DNA from: Gammaproteobacteria bacterium
GTDB taxonomy: Bacteria > Pseudomonadota > Gammaproteobacteria > UBA6002
Reading direction: 5' to 3'
DNA: 64,000 bases
Assembly: GCA_013697705.1 (NCBI GenBank)
Contig: JACCWJ010000008.1
Coordinates: 6,235 to 70,234, forward strand
A program made the position numbers and the translations under genes. Below, in pieces: positions 51,917-62,841 of the stretch (position 1 is the first letter of the stretch; each line of letters begins with the position of its first letter). The notes below the pieces were generated by a model, which had not been told where the DNA came from, made no database searches, and worked only from the letters and a program-made list of their open reading frames with translations.

Positions 51917-52799
51917 CTATTATATGAACTTCAGGGATTAAACGTACACCGTGAATGGATTCTACTTTATCGGCAGCTAACTCTATAAGGGACTCAATAT
52001 CTTGCGCCGTAGCCTTCCCACTATTAAGGATAAAATTGGCGTGCTTTTCTGAAATCCGAGCATCACCTATGCAGGTGCCTTTTAAGCCACTTATATCAAT
52101 CAATCGCGCTGCAAAATCGCCTGGAGGGTTTCTAAAAACCGAGCCACAACTTAGCACTCCAATTGGCTGAGAAATAGATCGCTTGTGGAGTAATTCTTTG
52201 ATTTGCTGTTGCAGCTTAACGGGGTCATCTTGGCCGAAAGAAAAATGACCCGCCACAAACCATTCGCCGGGAGGCGCCTTAATTTCTCTATAGTGTATGG
52301 TGTATTCTGCAGGGCTTCTGACATGCAATTTGCCAAACCGATCAATTGTTTCCACGGCTACAACATGATCCCAAGTGACGCCACCAAAAGCGCCGGCATT
52401 CATCATTAAAGCGCCCCCCACGGTGCCGGGGATACCAGCAAAGAAACAACTATCAGAAAACCCATTCTTAGCACAAAACTTAGCCAGCTTGGCGCAAGTG
52501 ACACCCGCTTCAGCGCGGACCAAGGTTTTAGTGTTGATTAGATCAATATTCTTCAAACACCCCAGGGTAAATATCACTGTCCCGGAGAATCCTCCATCTC
52601 GAATCAAGATATTACTGCCCAGCCCGAGCCACATTAGCTCTTCATTTTCAGGTAGAGAAGAGAGGAAAATACTTAGATCATGAATATCCGCAGGTTTATA
52701 GAAACGTCGAGAGGTTCCGCCAACACGCCATGAAGTATACCTTGCCAACGGCTCGTATTCTTTTAGCTCTCCCCTCAGGTCTTCTTTCACCCGGTTCAT
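51885..52799 (-). CDS. murB: UDP-N-acetylenolpyruvoylglucosamine reductase
   Basis: FAD-binding MurB homology. Confidence 0.9.
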   Translation of the reverse strand: MNRVKEDLRGELKEYEPLARYTSWRVGGTSRRFYKPADIHDLSIFLSSLPENEELMWLGLGSNILIRDGGFSGTVIFTLGCLKNIDLINTKTLVRAEAGVTCAKLAKFCAKNGFSDSCFFAGIPGTVGGALMMNAGAFGGVTWDHVVAVETIDRFGKLHVRSPAEYTIHYREIKAPPGEWFVAGHFSFGQDDPVKLQQQIKELLHKRSISQPIGVLSCGSVFRNPPGDFAARLIDISGLKGTCIGDARISEKHANFILNSGKATAQDIESLIELAADKVESIHGVRLIPEVHIIGETNSYDDQI

Positions 52800-52804
52800 C
52801 TTGT

Positions 52805-54238
52805 TTACTCGAGGGTTGTCATAGTGGCCATTTTGGCAGCCATTGCACCAATGCTGCCCGCTCCCTGGAGCAATAAGATGTCTCCATCTTGCAGCACATC
52901 TTTTGCTGCCTTGGGAAGCTCATCAATATTCGCAACAAAAAAAGGTGTGATTCTACCGACACTTGAAATAGCTTTACAGAGAGAGGGGCCATCAGCTCCC
53001 TCAATGGGAGACTCTCCTGCAGAGTAAACATCTAAGAGCAATAATACATCGGACAGAGAAAGTACTGTGGCAAAATCCTGCATCAAGGCTTGGGTTCGGG
53101 TATAGCGATGGGGCTGGTATGCCATTACCAAACGTCGCGTTGGCCAAACTAATCGAATTGCATCTAAGGTGGCTGCAATTTCTCGCGGATGGTGGCCATA
53201 ATCATCAATCAACAGTACTTTCCCGGAGGGAATACAGCATTCACCGTACATTTGAAAGCGTCGACCAATCCCCATGAAACTTTGGAAAGCTTGTTTAATC
53301 ATTTCATCTGGTACATGCAATTTATTTGCGATAGCTAGCGCTGCCACTGCATTTAACGCATTATGTTTGCCGGCCAGATTTAAGATGATGTCAATGTCAG
53401 TCTGATCAAGTTTATTACGCACTCTAAAATGACTTTGCAAACCACGCTGCTCAAATGAAGTAATTTGTAAATCTGCCTTTTCATTAAAGCCATAAGTAAC
53501 GGTGGGTGCTGTAACACTTCCCTGTAAACTAAGCGCAAGCGGATCATCCGCACATAGTACGATGAGACCTTCTGCGGGAACCTCTGAAACGAATTGAATG
53601 AATGACTTACAAAGGTCATCCATGTTGCCATTGTAGGTATTTAAATGATCTTCATCGATGTTTGTCACTACTGCAATTTTGGGTTTGAGGTATAAAAAAG
53701 ACGCGTCACTTTCATCGGCTTCAGCAACAAAATACTCCCCTGTTCCTAGTTGAGCATTCGTACCCACACTTTTAAGCAGCCCCCCAATAACAAAGGTGGG
53801 GTGTAAGTCAGCTTGTGCCAGTACGCTAGCGACAAGGCTAGTCGTCGTTGTTTTTCCATGGGTGCCGGAAATAGCAATACCGTATTTGGTTTGCATTAAT
53901 ACGGCTAACATTTTAGCCCGGGGAATTACCGGGATATCCTCTGCTTTAGCTGCAATGACTTCGGGATTATCTTGGGGAATTGCACTGGATAAAACAACCA
54001 GATCAACACCCTGAACATTTTCTTTAATATGTCCCTTAATAATTTTAACACCTAAATCTCCAAGGTGTTTTGTCACAGAATTTTCACAAAGATCAGAACC
54101 TGAAACCTCGAACCCTTGATTGATCATTACCTCAGCAATACCACCCATCCCTGCGCCACCAATACCGACAAAATGTATTTTTTTGATATGATCCATATCG
54201 GGATTAAAGTTCATAAGTTCTCCATTGCGCATAATCAT
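52805..54238 (-). CDS. murC: UDP-N-acetylmuramate--L-alanine ligase
   Basis: Mur ligase motifs (HFVGIGGAGMGGIAE, GTHGKTTTTS). Confidence 0.9.
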   Translation of the reverse strand: MIMRNGELMNFNPDMDHIKKIHFVGIGGAGMGGIAEVMINQGFEVSGSDLCENSVTKHLGDLGVKIIKGHIKENVQGVDLVVLSSAIPQDNPEVIAAKAEDIPVIPRAKMLAVLMQTKYGIAISGTHGKTTTTSLVASVLAQADLHPTFVIGGLLKSVGTNAQLGTGEYFVAEADESDASFLYLKPKIAVVTNIDEDHLNTYNGNMDDLCKSFIQFVSEVPAEGLIVLCADDPLALSLQGSVTAPTVTYGFNEKADLQITSFEQRGLQSHFRVRNKLDQTDIDIILNLAGKHNALNAVAALAIANKLHVPDEMIKQAFQSFMGIGRRFQMYGECCIPSGKVLLIDDYGHHPREIAATLDAIRLVWPTRRLVMAYQPHRYTRTQALMQDFATVLSLSDVLLLLDVYSAGESPIEGADGPSLCKAISSVGRITPFFVANIDELPKAAKDVLQDGDILLLQGAGSIGAMAAKMATMTTLE

Positions 54239-54336
54239 TTGTGTATTATATATAGTAGATTTTTCACAAATTATTAATTTATGCGCCGTTATAAATAGAT
54301 TTGAATTATTAAAGCGAAGAGCAAATCGCAGGATTG

Positions 54337-55503
54337 CTACACTTTATGGCGGACAATTTTTTTTCTTATTACCTGTGTTTTTGATGCGCGACAATCATGG
54401 CTTATCCTAAGCAGGATGGCAAGCACCACACAATTTATTAACAAGCTGTTTCCCCCATAACTCATGAGAGGCAGCGTCAACCCCTTAGTGGGTAAAAGAC
54501 CTGAACTTACGCCCATATTAATTAAGGCTTGAATTCCTAACCATAGTCCAAAACCAAACGCCACATAAGCCTCAAAGGATTTTTCTTGTAGCATAGCCTG
54601 TTTACCAATACGCATGGCCCTTCCAACCAGCATTATGAAAAGCACTATTACTAAGCATTCACCGAGAAATCCAAGTTCTTCAGCGAGTACTGCGAATAAA
54701 AAATCAGTTTGCGCTTCGGGCAAATAAAAAAGTTTCTGGATACTATTTCCCAACCCCACTCCAAATAATCCGCCTCGCCCAAAGGCAATAAGGGACTGCG
54801 TTAATTGATAACCACTATCATAGGGATTTTCCCAGGGATGTAGAAAAGTAGTAATACGTTGCAATCGATATGGAGAAGATACGGCAAGCACCACTAAGGC
54901 CACCGCCACCATGAGGAATAAGGCACTAAACTGCCAAATTCTGACTTTTGCTAAAAACATCACGCCCAATGACGTAAGCAAGATAACAGTGGTAGCACCA
55001 AAATCGGGCTCTAATAATAATAAAATTGAAATGATGCCCAACAAAAAAAGCGGCTTTAGAAAGCCAAATAAACTTGTTTTAATTTCTTCATCTCTTCGAA
55101 CTAAATAGCCTCCTAAGTAGAGGATAACGCTAAATTTAGTCAGCTCAGAAACTTGTAAAGTTAAAGGGCCAAAGCCCAGCCATCGGGTGCTACCATTGAC
55201 TTTGTGCCCGATACCCGGCACTAAAACCAGGATTAATAGCAATAAACAAATAACAAAAAGATACGTCCCTATTATGCGCCACTGCTCTAAACTAACGCGA
55301 AAAGCGGCTACCCCCAAGATTACGCCTAAGACTAAATAAGCCCCTTGGTGAAACAAGAAATGGAAGGGATAGTTGAATTGACGCTCGGAGATCACCATTG
55401 AAGCCGAAGTGACCATCAAAAGACCGAGGGTAATAAGAGAAAGGCCTGCGGTGAAAATCCAGGGATCTAAATGCAGTCTTGATTTGGTCTTAGAAAAACT
55501 CAA
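54337..55503 (-). CDS. ftsW: peptidoglycan glycosyltransferase FtsW (SEDS family)
   Basis: SEDS motifs and ten TM helices. Confidence 0.9.
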   Translation of the reverse strand: MSFSKTKSRLHLDPWIFTAGLSLITLGLLMVTSASMVISERQFNYPFHFLFHQGAYLVLGVILGVAAFRVSLEQWRIIGTYLFVICLLLLILVLVPGIGHKVNGSTRWLGFGPLTLQVSELTKFSVILYLGGYLVRRDEEIKTSLFGFLKPLFLLGIISILLLLEPDFGATTVILLTSLGVMFLAKVRIWQFSALFLMVAVALVVLAVSSPYRLQRITTFLHPWENPYDSGYQLTQSLIAFGRGGLFGVGLGNSIQKLFYLPEAQTDFLFAVLAEELGFLGECLVIVLFIMLVGRAMRIGKQAMLQEKSFEAYVAFGFGLWLGIQALINMGVSSGLLPTKGLTLPLMSYGGNSLLINCVVLAILLRISHDCRASKTQVIRKKIVRHKV

Positions 55504-56843
55504 GAAGCCAGCCCTCTGACAATTTCCATAAATACCTCACCCCGATGCTCAAAATTACGGAACATATCGAAACTAGCGCAAGCGGGTGAAAGTATCACCA
55601 CGTCGCCTGCTTTTGCCTGCTCTGCTGCCCCTTCAACGGCTGTTTGTAAATCATCGGCGACAACAATGGGCGCACTCCCTTCTAATGCCTCAGCAATAAG
55701 CTGTTTATCTTGGCCATATAATATAACTGTTTTGACATATTTCTGCACAGCTCCGTAAAGCTCTGAAAAATCAGCGTTCTTTCCTTGGCCACCCGCTAAT
55801 AAAATTAACTTACCGTTGATTTCTGGCCCTATGCCAAAAATGGCTGCTTGAGCAGAACCCACATTAGTCGCTTTAGAATCGTTGTACCAATTAACCCCAT
55901 TTACATTGGCGACCCATTGGCAACGATGAGGCAATCCTTTAAAAGTGGTTACCGACTGCAACATGCTTTCAACAGAAATACCGACTGAAGAGCCTAGCGC
56001 TAACCCCGCCAGCACATTGGCATATTGGTGATGACCCTTTAAAGGAACAGATTTTGTAGGCAGTAAATTCTTTTTGCCTTGAGCAAGATACATTTCACCC
56101 CTATCTGCTCTGAGCCCAAACATCCTCTCTTGAGGCTCTTTTAAAGTAAAACCGACGGGAGGGGTGTCAAATTTAAATGCGCCATAACTTTGTGAATCAT
56201 CTAAATTAATCACGGGGTGATCACAATGGCGATAAATACGCAGCTTAGCGTCAATATATTCCTGTAAATGAGCATACCGATCCATATGATCGGGACTGAT
56301 GTTTAGATTGACCGAGGACCAGCAGCGCAGTGAATGGGTGGTTTCTAGCTGGAAACTTGAAAGCTCTAGAATATATAAGTCACTCGTGTCATCAATTAGC
56401 TCCAGGGCTGGGATGCCTAAATTGCCCCCTACTTTGACCTTATATCCTGCGTTCGAGGCTAAATGACCCATGAGTGAGGTCACCGTACTTTTACCATTGG
56501 ACCCTGTGATTGCAATAACAGGCCTTTTTACATTGCGTGCAAATAACTCAATATCACCAATAACAGGAATATTACGCTTGATCTGATTAGCGATGGCAGG
56601 TTCTTTAATTGAAATACCGGGACTCACCACCAACTCCGAAGCGTCACTTAACAGTTTTTCATTAAAACCGCCTAGTTGCACTTCTACATGAGGAAAATTT
56701 TCTTGTAACTCCTTGAGCTCAGGAGGGTCTAACCTGCTATCTGTAACAGCGACAGGATAACCCTGAGCTGACAAATAACGAACACATGACAACCCGGTTT
56801 TACCCAATCCCACTACGACTTTTAAATCACTATTTTTCATCAT
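55500..56843 (-). CDS. murD: UDP-N-acetylmuramoylalanine--D-glutamate ligase
   Basis: Mur ligase motifs (ITGSNGKSTVTS). Confidence 0.9.
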   Translation of the reverse strand: MMKNSDLKVVVGLGKTGLSCVRYLSAQGYPVAVTDSRLDPPELKELQENFPHVEVQLGGFNEKLLSDASELVVSPGISIKEPAIANQIKRNIPVIGDIELFARNVKRPVIAITGSNGKSTVTSLMGHLASNAGYKVKVGGNLGIPALELIDDTSDLYILELSSFQLETTHSLRCWSSVNLNISPDHMDRYAHLQEYIDAKLRIYRHCDHPVINLDDSQSYGAFKFDTPPVGFTLKEPQERMFGLRADRGEMYLAQGKKNLLPTKSVPLKGHHQYANVLAGLALGSSVGISVESMLQSVTTFKGLPHRCQWVANVNGVNWYNDSKATNVGSAQAAIFGIGPEINGKLILLAGGQGKNADFSELYGAVQKYVKTVILYGQDKQLIAEALEGSAPIVVADDLQTAVEGAAEQAKAGDVVILSPACASFDMFRNFEHRGEVFMEIVRGLAS

Positions 56844-56852
56844 TAGCCTCCC

Positions 56853-57935
56853 TTAGCGCAGCTTTAAAGTAGCCAAACCACTTAACACCAAAATAAAGGT
56901 GATGATCCAAAAACGCACAATCACTCTGGGTTCTGGCCAACCTTTCAATTCAAAGTGATGATGTAGAGGCGCCATTTTGAAAATTCTACGTCCCGTTAAT
57001 TTAAAAGAGGCCACCTGCATAATGACAGAAACTGTTTCCATCACAAAAACCCCACCCATAATTAACAAGACAAGTTCTTGACGGACAACCACCGCCACTA
57101 TACCCAGAGCGGCGCCTAATCCCAACGCACCCACATCGCCCATAAATACTTGAGCGGGATAGGTATTAAACCAAAGAAAACCCAAACCGGCACCGACTAC
57201 GGCTGCACAAAATACGGCTACCTCTCCGACCCCAGGGATATAAGGAATACCCAAATAATTTGCAAATTGGACATTACCCGTCGCATAGGCAAAAATACCT
57301 AAGGCTCCCGCCACCATTACCGTGGGTAAGATTGCGAGCCCATCTAAACCATCTGTTAAATTAACTGCATTACTGGTTCCCACGATTACGAAGTACACAA
57401 AAGGTATGTAAAAAAGGCCCAGTGGAATATAAATATTTTTAAAGAAAGGTACGATTAAACGTGTTTCGGCGGGTAATTTAGCGATGTGATATAAAAATAT
57501 TGCCGCTCCGACGCCCACCAACGTTTGCCACAAAAATTTCCATTTGGCAGGTAACCCTTTAGTATTTTTACGGATTAACTTGCGATAATCATCTACCCAT
57601 CCAATCGCTCCAAACCCTAATGTCACCAATAAGACAATCCAAATATAGACATTTGAAAGATCACCCCATAAAAAAATACTCGCTGCAATGGCAATTAAAA
57701 TTAATGCGCCGCCCATCGTAGGCGTGCCTTTCTTTTTGAGATGCGTTTGTGGGCCGTCATCTCTCACCGTCTGACCAATTTGATAATGCGAAAGTTTACG
57801 AATCATAACGGGACCAACAAGCAGAGAAATGGTCAATGCAGTTAGCGTACTTAAAATAGATCGAAAGGTGAGATATTGAAAAACGTGAAAAAAGTGCAGG
57901 TGTTTTTCTAAGTATTGCGTTAACCATAACAACAT
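56853..57935 (-). CDS. mraY: phospho-N-acetylmuramoyl-pentapeptide transferase
   Basis: MraY motifs ([12 protein letters not shown]). Confidence 0.95.
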   Translation of the reverse strand: MLLWLTQYLEKHLHFFHVFQYLTFRSILSTLTALTISLLVGPVMIRKLSHYQIGQTVRDDGPQTHLKKKGTPTMGGALILIAIAASIFLWGDLSNVYIWIVLLVTLGFGAIGWVDDYRKLIRKNTKGLPAKWKFLWQTLVGVGAAIFLYHIAKLPAETRLIVPFFKNIYIPLGLFYIPFVYFVIVGTSNAVNLTDGLDGLAILPTVMVAGALGIFAYATGNVQFANYLGIPYIPGVGEVAVFCAAVVGAGLGFLWFNTYPAQVFMGDVGALGLGAALGIVAVVVRQELVLLIMGGVFVMETVSVIMQVASFKLTGRRIFKMAPLHHHFELKGWPEPRVIVRFWIITFILVLSGLATLKLR

Positions 57936-57938
57936 GAG

Positions 57939-59282
57939 TTAAATTTCCTGAATGATAGCTTGTACAATATTTTCCATTCTGGAGGATCGCGACCCTTTTA
58001 TAAGCACAACCGCATTAGAATGTAGCGCAGGTTTCAAAGCATTTATAAGACTTTGTTGATCATTAAAATAACATCCATTCGCTCCAAACGCATTTGCAGT
58101 TAATTGCGAAAGTTTGCCATAGGCATATAATTGATCGACGCCCAATTTTTTCGCGTGTTCACCAATTTCTATATGGAATTTTTCTTCTTGGTGACCTAAT
58201 TCTCCCATGTCACCAAAAACAAAAATCTTTTCGCCCTTACTGTGAGCAAGTATTTCTAGCGCTGCAACAACCGCAACCGGATTCGCATTATAAGAGTCAT
58301 CTATAATCAAAGATCCTGATAAACCTTTATATTTGACCAGTCTTTTACTCACCTCAGCCATACTGTTTAAGCCAGTGATGATAGCGTGAGGAGTAGCTCC
58401 GACTAGAGAAGTGGCTGCAATGGCGGCTAAGGCATTCATTACATTATGTAAGCCCATACAAGGTAATGAAATAGATAATTTTCCATCCGGGTAATGCGCT
58501 TCAAAGTTAGCCCTACCTTCCTCATCTAGAACGATATTTTTTGCTATCACATCAGCATGGTTCTTTATTCCAAAAGTCAACCGGGTATTATTAATCATTA
58601 ATTTTTTGAAGCGATCTGCAAATTGATCATCCGCATTTATAATGGCAACTCCTTGTGGAGATAAGGATTCATAAATTTCTTCTTTTGCTTTGGCCACCCC
58701 TTCTATAGTGCCAAATCCTGCTAAATGCGCTGGCGCTACATTCGTGATTACAGCCACATCTTGCTCTGTTAGTTTGCTGAGGTAAGCAATTTCATGAGGA
58801 TGATTTGCACCCATTTCGATGACCGCATATTGGTGCTGCTCTGTCAGTTGCAAGAGGGTTAAGGGTACTCCGATGTCATTATTAAATGATTTTATCGGCG
58901 CTAAGGTGGGACCCATTTGGTTTAAAATGCTAGCGATCATTGATTTGGTAGTAGTCTTACCGCAACTTCCCGTGACAGCGATAATTGGAAGACTAAATTT
59001 CTTTCTGTGATAGGCGGCAATTTCTCCAAGCGCTGTCTTAGTATCTGGAACGACAATGGTGGGAATTGGGAGCTGGACGGGCTGCGAAATAATTACCCCT
59101 GCGGCCTGTTTTTCACACGCAGATAATAGGAAATCATGGCCGTCAAATTGCTCTCCTTTGAGCGCAATAAATAATTGCCCGGGGCTTAATTCACGTGTGT
59201 TAATACTAGTAGAAGAGATTTTAGCATCTCCCCCTTGCAGTTCTGCATTCAGTAGACTTGCAACTTCACTAAGAGACATCAT
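57939..59282 (-). CDS. murF: UDP-N-acetylmuramoyl-tripeptide--D-alanyl-D-alanine ligase
   Basis: Mur ligase motifs (VTGSCGKTTTKS). Confidence 0.9.
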   Translation of the reverse strand: MMSLSEVASLLNAELQGGDAKISSTSINTRELSPGQLFIALKGEQFDGHDFLLSACEKQAAGVIISQPVQLPIPTIVVPDTKTALGEIAAYHRKKFSLPIIAVTGSCGKTTTKSMIASILNQMGPTLAPIKSFNNDIGVPLTLLQLTEQHQYAVIEMGANHPHEIAYLSKLTEQDVAVITNVAPAHLAGFGTIEGVAKAKEEIYESLSPQGVAIINADDQFADRFKKLMINNTRLTFGIKNHADVIAKNIVLDEEGRANFEAHYPDGKLSISLPCMGLHNVMNALAAIAATSLVGATPHAIITGLNSMAEVSKRLVKYKGLSGSLIIDDSYNANPVAVVAALEILAHSKGEKIFVFGDMGELGHQEEKFHIEIGEHAKKLGVDQLYAYGKLSQLTANAFGANGCYFNDQQSLINALKPALHSNAVVLIKGSRSSRMENIVQAIIQEI

Positions 59283-59299
59283 AAATACCGAAGCCTTAA

Positions 59300-60802
59300 T
59301 TATGTTTTCTGTGATTGTTCAACTCGCTGTCTTAAGCGTAATTGTATCTGGATTTGTTCACTATCACTGAAAGGTATTTTCTCTGTTCCAATGATTTGAT
59401 AATCCTCATGCCCTTTGCCCGCTACTAATACCACGTCGCCTTGTTGTGCACAACTGATAACATGTGCTATAGCCGCTCCTCGGTCATGTTCTATTTCTGC
59501 CGCCCACGGACACAATAAACCATTCATTATTTCAGCCACAATTTGGGCTGAATTTTCCGTCCGCGGATTATCATCTGTGATGACAAGTTGATCGGCAAAG
59601 CGTTCTGCAATCTGGCCCATTAAAGGTCTCTTACCACGATCACGATCGCCTCCGCACCCGAATAAACACCATAAAGTGCCATGCGCATGTTCTCTTAGGG
59701 CAGTCAAAACCTGCATTAACGCATCAGGGGTGTGCGCGTAATCCACTACAACCAAGGGCAGCTTCCCTCCGCCAAAAACTTGCATCCTTCCCGGCACTGT
59801 CTGTATGTGAGCCAGGCAATCCAAACTGGTTTCGAACGGAATATCAAGAAGCTGTAATGTAGTTAATACCGCTAATAAATTGTTGATATTAAAACGACCC
59901 AATAACTTGCTGCGCAGCTGACCCTCCCCCCAAGGAGTGTTCACTTTTGCAGTCATACCCTTATTATTCAAATGAATGTGGTGAGCCTGAGTTGTAATGA
60001 GCTTGGTTTTTTCTTCCACGCCATAACAATACACTTCTAATTTATCACTGAGCTCATTCGCTAATTCTACCCCAAAGGCATCATCTGTATTGATAACCGC
60101 ATATTTTAAACCAGGAGAATAAAATAACTTTCTTTTTGCCGCGGCATAATTTTCCATTGACCCATGATAATCCAAATGATCACGCGTCAGATTGGTAAAA
60201 ATCGCAATATCAAAAGCAACCGCCTCTGTTCGGTATTGATCCAGCGCATGCGAGGAAACCTCCATTGCAACTGCCTCAGCTTTTTGCTGATAAATTTCAG
60301 ACAATTGCTTTTGCAAAATTAAAGCATCACATGTCGTGTGGGTGGTTGGTATCAAATTTTCAGGGAAGCCATAACCCAAGGTGCCAATTACGCCACAATT
60401 TTTAGACGCGAGCTTCATTGACATAGCAATGTATTGACTGATAGAGGTTTTTCCATTGGTTCCCGTGACACCAATCATCGTAAGCTTCTCAGAAGGCCTC
60501 TGATAAAACCTTGAGGCAATTTCCCCCAGCTGGCGAGATAAATGTTTGATAGCAAAAATGGGGATAGGGCCGGCTTCTTGAAAGGTAGTTGATGCATCGG
60601 TAATAATAGCACTGGCACCTTTTTGCACTGCCTGCGCAATATATTTGCAACCATCATCTCGCAAGCCTTGCAACGCAAAAAAACAATTTCCTTCCTTTAT
60701 TTCTCTACTATCGCTACAAAGCCCGGTGATTTGTGGATCCTGACCGGTTGTTACCGCTGCCAGGCCCTCTGTTAATTGACTAATTTTCACCATCCTCTCC
60801 AC
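59300..60802 (-). CDS. murE: UDP-N-acetylmuramoyl-L-alanyl-D-glutamate--2,6-diaminopimelate ligase
   Basis: Mur ligase motifs (VTGTNGKTS) and a DNPR motif for meso-DAP specificity. Confidence 0.9.
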   Translation of the reverse strand: MERMVKISQLTEGLAAVTTGQDPQITGLCSDSREIKEGNCFFALQGLRDDGCKYIAQAVQKGASAIITDASTTFQEAGPIPIFAIKHLSRQLGEIASRFYQRPSEKLTMIGVTGTNGKTSISQYIAMSMKLASKNCGVIGTLGYGFPENLIPTTHTTCDALILQKQLSEIYQQKAEAVAMEVSSHALDQYRTEAVAFDIAIFTNLTRDHLDYHGSMENYAAAKRKLFYSPGLKYAVINTDDAFGVELANELSDKLEVYCYGVEEKTKLITTQAHHIHLNNKGMTAKVNTPWGEGQLRSKLLGRFNINNLLAVLTTLQLLDIPFETSLDCLAHIQTVPGRMQVFGGGKLPLVVVDYAHTPDALMQVLTALREHAHGTLWCLFGCGGDRDRGKRPLMGQIAERFADQLVITDDNPRTENSAQIVAEIMNGLLCPWAAEIEHDRGAAIAHVISCAQQGDVVLVAGKGHEDYQIIGTEKIPFSDSEQIQIQLRLRQRVEQSQKT

Positions 60803-62489
60803 TATCTATCGCTGCATTTTCTGATTCATTGGTTAGATCGTCCGGTGCCACATTCATAAGTCGCAAAGCACCAGACATTACTTTAGAAAAAATGGGTGCC
60901 GCAACCATGCCGCCTAAGTGCTGCTCACCGCGAGGATCTTTAATTACTACTGCCACGACCAATCTTGGATTAGAGACGGGCGCTATTCCCACGAAAGAGG
61001 ATACATAATGCTGTTTATCATACCCATTTTTACCTGCAATATTAGCGGTTCCTGTTTTTCCTGCCACACGAAAGCCGGGGACTTTTGCAAGCGATCCAGT
61101 ACCGCCCTGCACCACCGCCTCTAACATGGTTATCATTTGTTCAGCAATTTTTCTCTCCAGCACTTGCCTCCCCGCAGGAACCTTATCCACTTTCAACAAT
61201 GAAATAGGGCGCTCCAGGCCATGATCCGCGATAATAGCATAGGCTTTGGCGAGTTGAATGGTTGTGACTGAAATCCCATACCCAAACGATAAAGTTGCCA
61301 ACTCAAAAGGTCGCCACTTAGTGCGAAGCGATAACGTGCCTGCAGCTTCGCCCGGAAAGGCTGAATTGGTACGTTCACCGAAACCTACCCTGCGCAATAG
61401 TTCAATGAAATGCTCAGGGGGTAGCGACAACGTAATTTTTGCAACGCCCACATCGCTTGATTTTTGCAAAATTTTGACGAGATTCAGCACGCCACAATTA
61501 TGCTCATCACGTATCACATTCCCATTAACATTTAACCAACCCGGTGCCGTATCAATTACTGAATTTAAATTATATTTACCACTCTCAAGAGCACTCGCGA
61601 TGCTAAAAGCTTTCATGGTAGACCCGGGCTCAAACATATCGGTCATGGCGCGATTTCGATAACGACCATCTCCCATTTTTTCAATATGATTTGGATTAAA
61701 AGTGGGCTGATTTACCATCGCCAACACTTCGCCGGTGGTAATATCTAGCACAACAATAGATCCCGATTTCGCTGAGAATTTTTCGATACTTTCTCTTAAG
61801 GTTTCGTGAGCTAAATATTGAATACGATTATCTAAACTTAAGATTAAATTGTGCCCTTGACGAGGCGCTTGAATAACCCCAAGCTCGGTAATAATATTTC
61901 CCGGCCTATCTTTTATTACTTTCTTTTTCCCAGGAATTCCGCGTAGCCAGGTATCATACGTCAACTCGAGCCCTTCTTGGCCTTGATCATCGACATTAGT
62001 GAAGCCGATAACATGTGCCGCAACCTCACTTTGAGGATAAAAACGGTGATAATTATGCTGGCAAAATACACCTGCTATTTTCAAAGAAACTATTTTTTCA
62101 CTTGCAGCAGGCGCCACGCCTCGCTTCAAATACACAAACTCTTTTCCGGATTTTTTCTGGGTTTTAACAAAGATTTTTTGTGGTGGTAATTTTAGTAACT
62201 GTGCAAGCTGTTCTATCTGGAGGGAGGTCGGCTCAAAGAGTTGCGGGTTTACCCATATCGAATCGACTTGAGCACTAATTGCGAGAGGTTGCAAGTAGCG
62301 ATCGGTAATCATTCCTCGATAAGTCGGTATACTCACCGTACGCAAAATTCGGGCGTTACTTTGCTGCAGCAAGAACCCTCTTTGCAATATATTTAAATCG
62401 ATCAGGCGCCAAAAAAGACATACTGTAGCTGCGATTAACACAAAAACTACAAAAAAATAACGCCATAAGCTTGATGCATCTTTATTCAT
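60780..62489 (-). CDS. ftsI: peptidoglycan D,D-transpeptidase FtsI (PBP3)
   Basis: N-terminal TM helix; transpeptidase motifs STMK, SSD-like and KTG. Confidence 0.9.
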   Translation of the reverse strand: MNKDASSLWRYFFVVFVLIAATVCLFWRLIDLNILQRGFLLQQSNARILRTVSIPTYRGMITDRYLQPLAISAQVDSIWVNPQLFEPTSLQIEQLAQLLKLPPQKIFVKTQKKSGKEFVYLKRGVAPAASEKIVSLKIAGVFCQHNYHRFYPQSEVAAHVIGFTNVDDQGQEGLELTYDTWLRGIPGKKKVIKDRPGNIITELGVIQAPRQGHNLILSLDNRIQYLAHETLRESIEKFSAKSGSIVVLDITTGEVLAMVNQPTFNPNHIEKMGDGRYRNRAMTDMFEPGSTMKAFSIASALESGKYNLNSVIDTAPGWLNVNGNVIRDEHNCGVLNLVKILQKSSDVGVAKITLSLPPEHFIELLRRVGFGERTNSAFPGEAAGTLSLRTKWRPFELATLSFGYGISVTTIQLAKAYAIIADHGLERPISLLKVDKVPAGRQVLERKIAEQMITMLEAVVQGGTGSLAKVPGFRVAGKTGTANIAGKNGYDKQHYVSSFVGIAPVSNPRLVVAVVIKDPRGEQHLGGMVAAPIFSKVMSGALRLMNVAPDDLTNESENAAIDSGEDGEN

Positions 62490-62508
62490 TTTTTTCTAAC
62501 GCATCCAC

Positions 62509-62841
62509 TTATCGTCGCAAAATTTTGATTTCCTTCGAAGAAGGACTATTCATGCCTAGGCGATATTGCGCAATCTTTTGCACTCGAGCCTGGGTGGACC
62601 AAGTACTTTGTTCTAAAAGAAGCTTACCCCAATCTTGATACAACTTATCATGCGTTGCTTGCAACGCTTGATACTGAATAAATAATCTTCGATTTAAATC
62701 TTTAATATAAATAACTGAAAATGCGGATAACAACAAAATCCCAATCAACACCATATTGATTAACTTCGGTCTTTTAATTTGAATGGAGGGCAATGTTGGT
62801 TGGAATCTATTTTCCGATATCGAACGCACAGCTGTATTCAT
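62509..62841 (-). CDS. ftsL: cell division protein FtsL
   Basis: Small bitopic protein with a TM helix and coiled-coil. Position between rsmH and ftsI. Confidence 0.75.
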   Translation of the reverse strand: MNTAVRSISENRFQPTLPSIQIKRPKLINMVLIGILLLSAFSVIYIKDLNRRLFIQYQALQATHDKLYQDWGKLLLEQSTWSTQARVQKIAQYRLGMNSPSSKEIKILRR

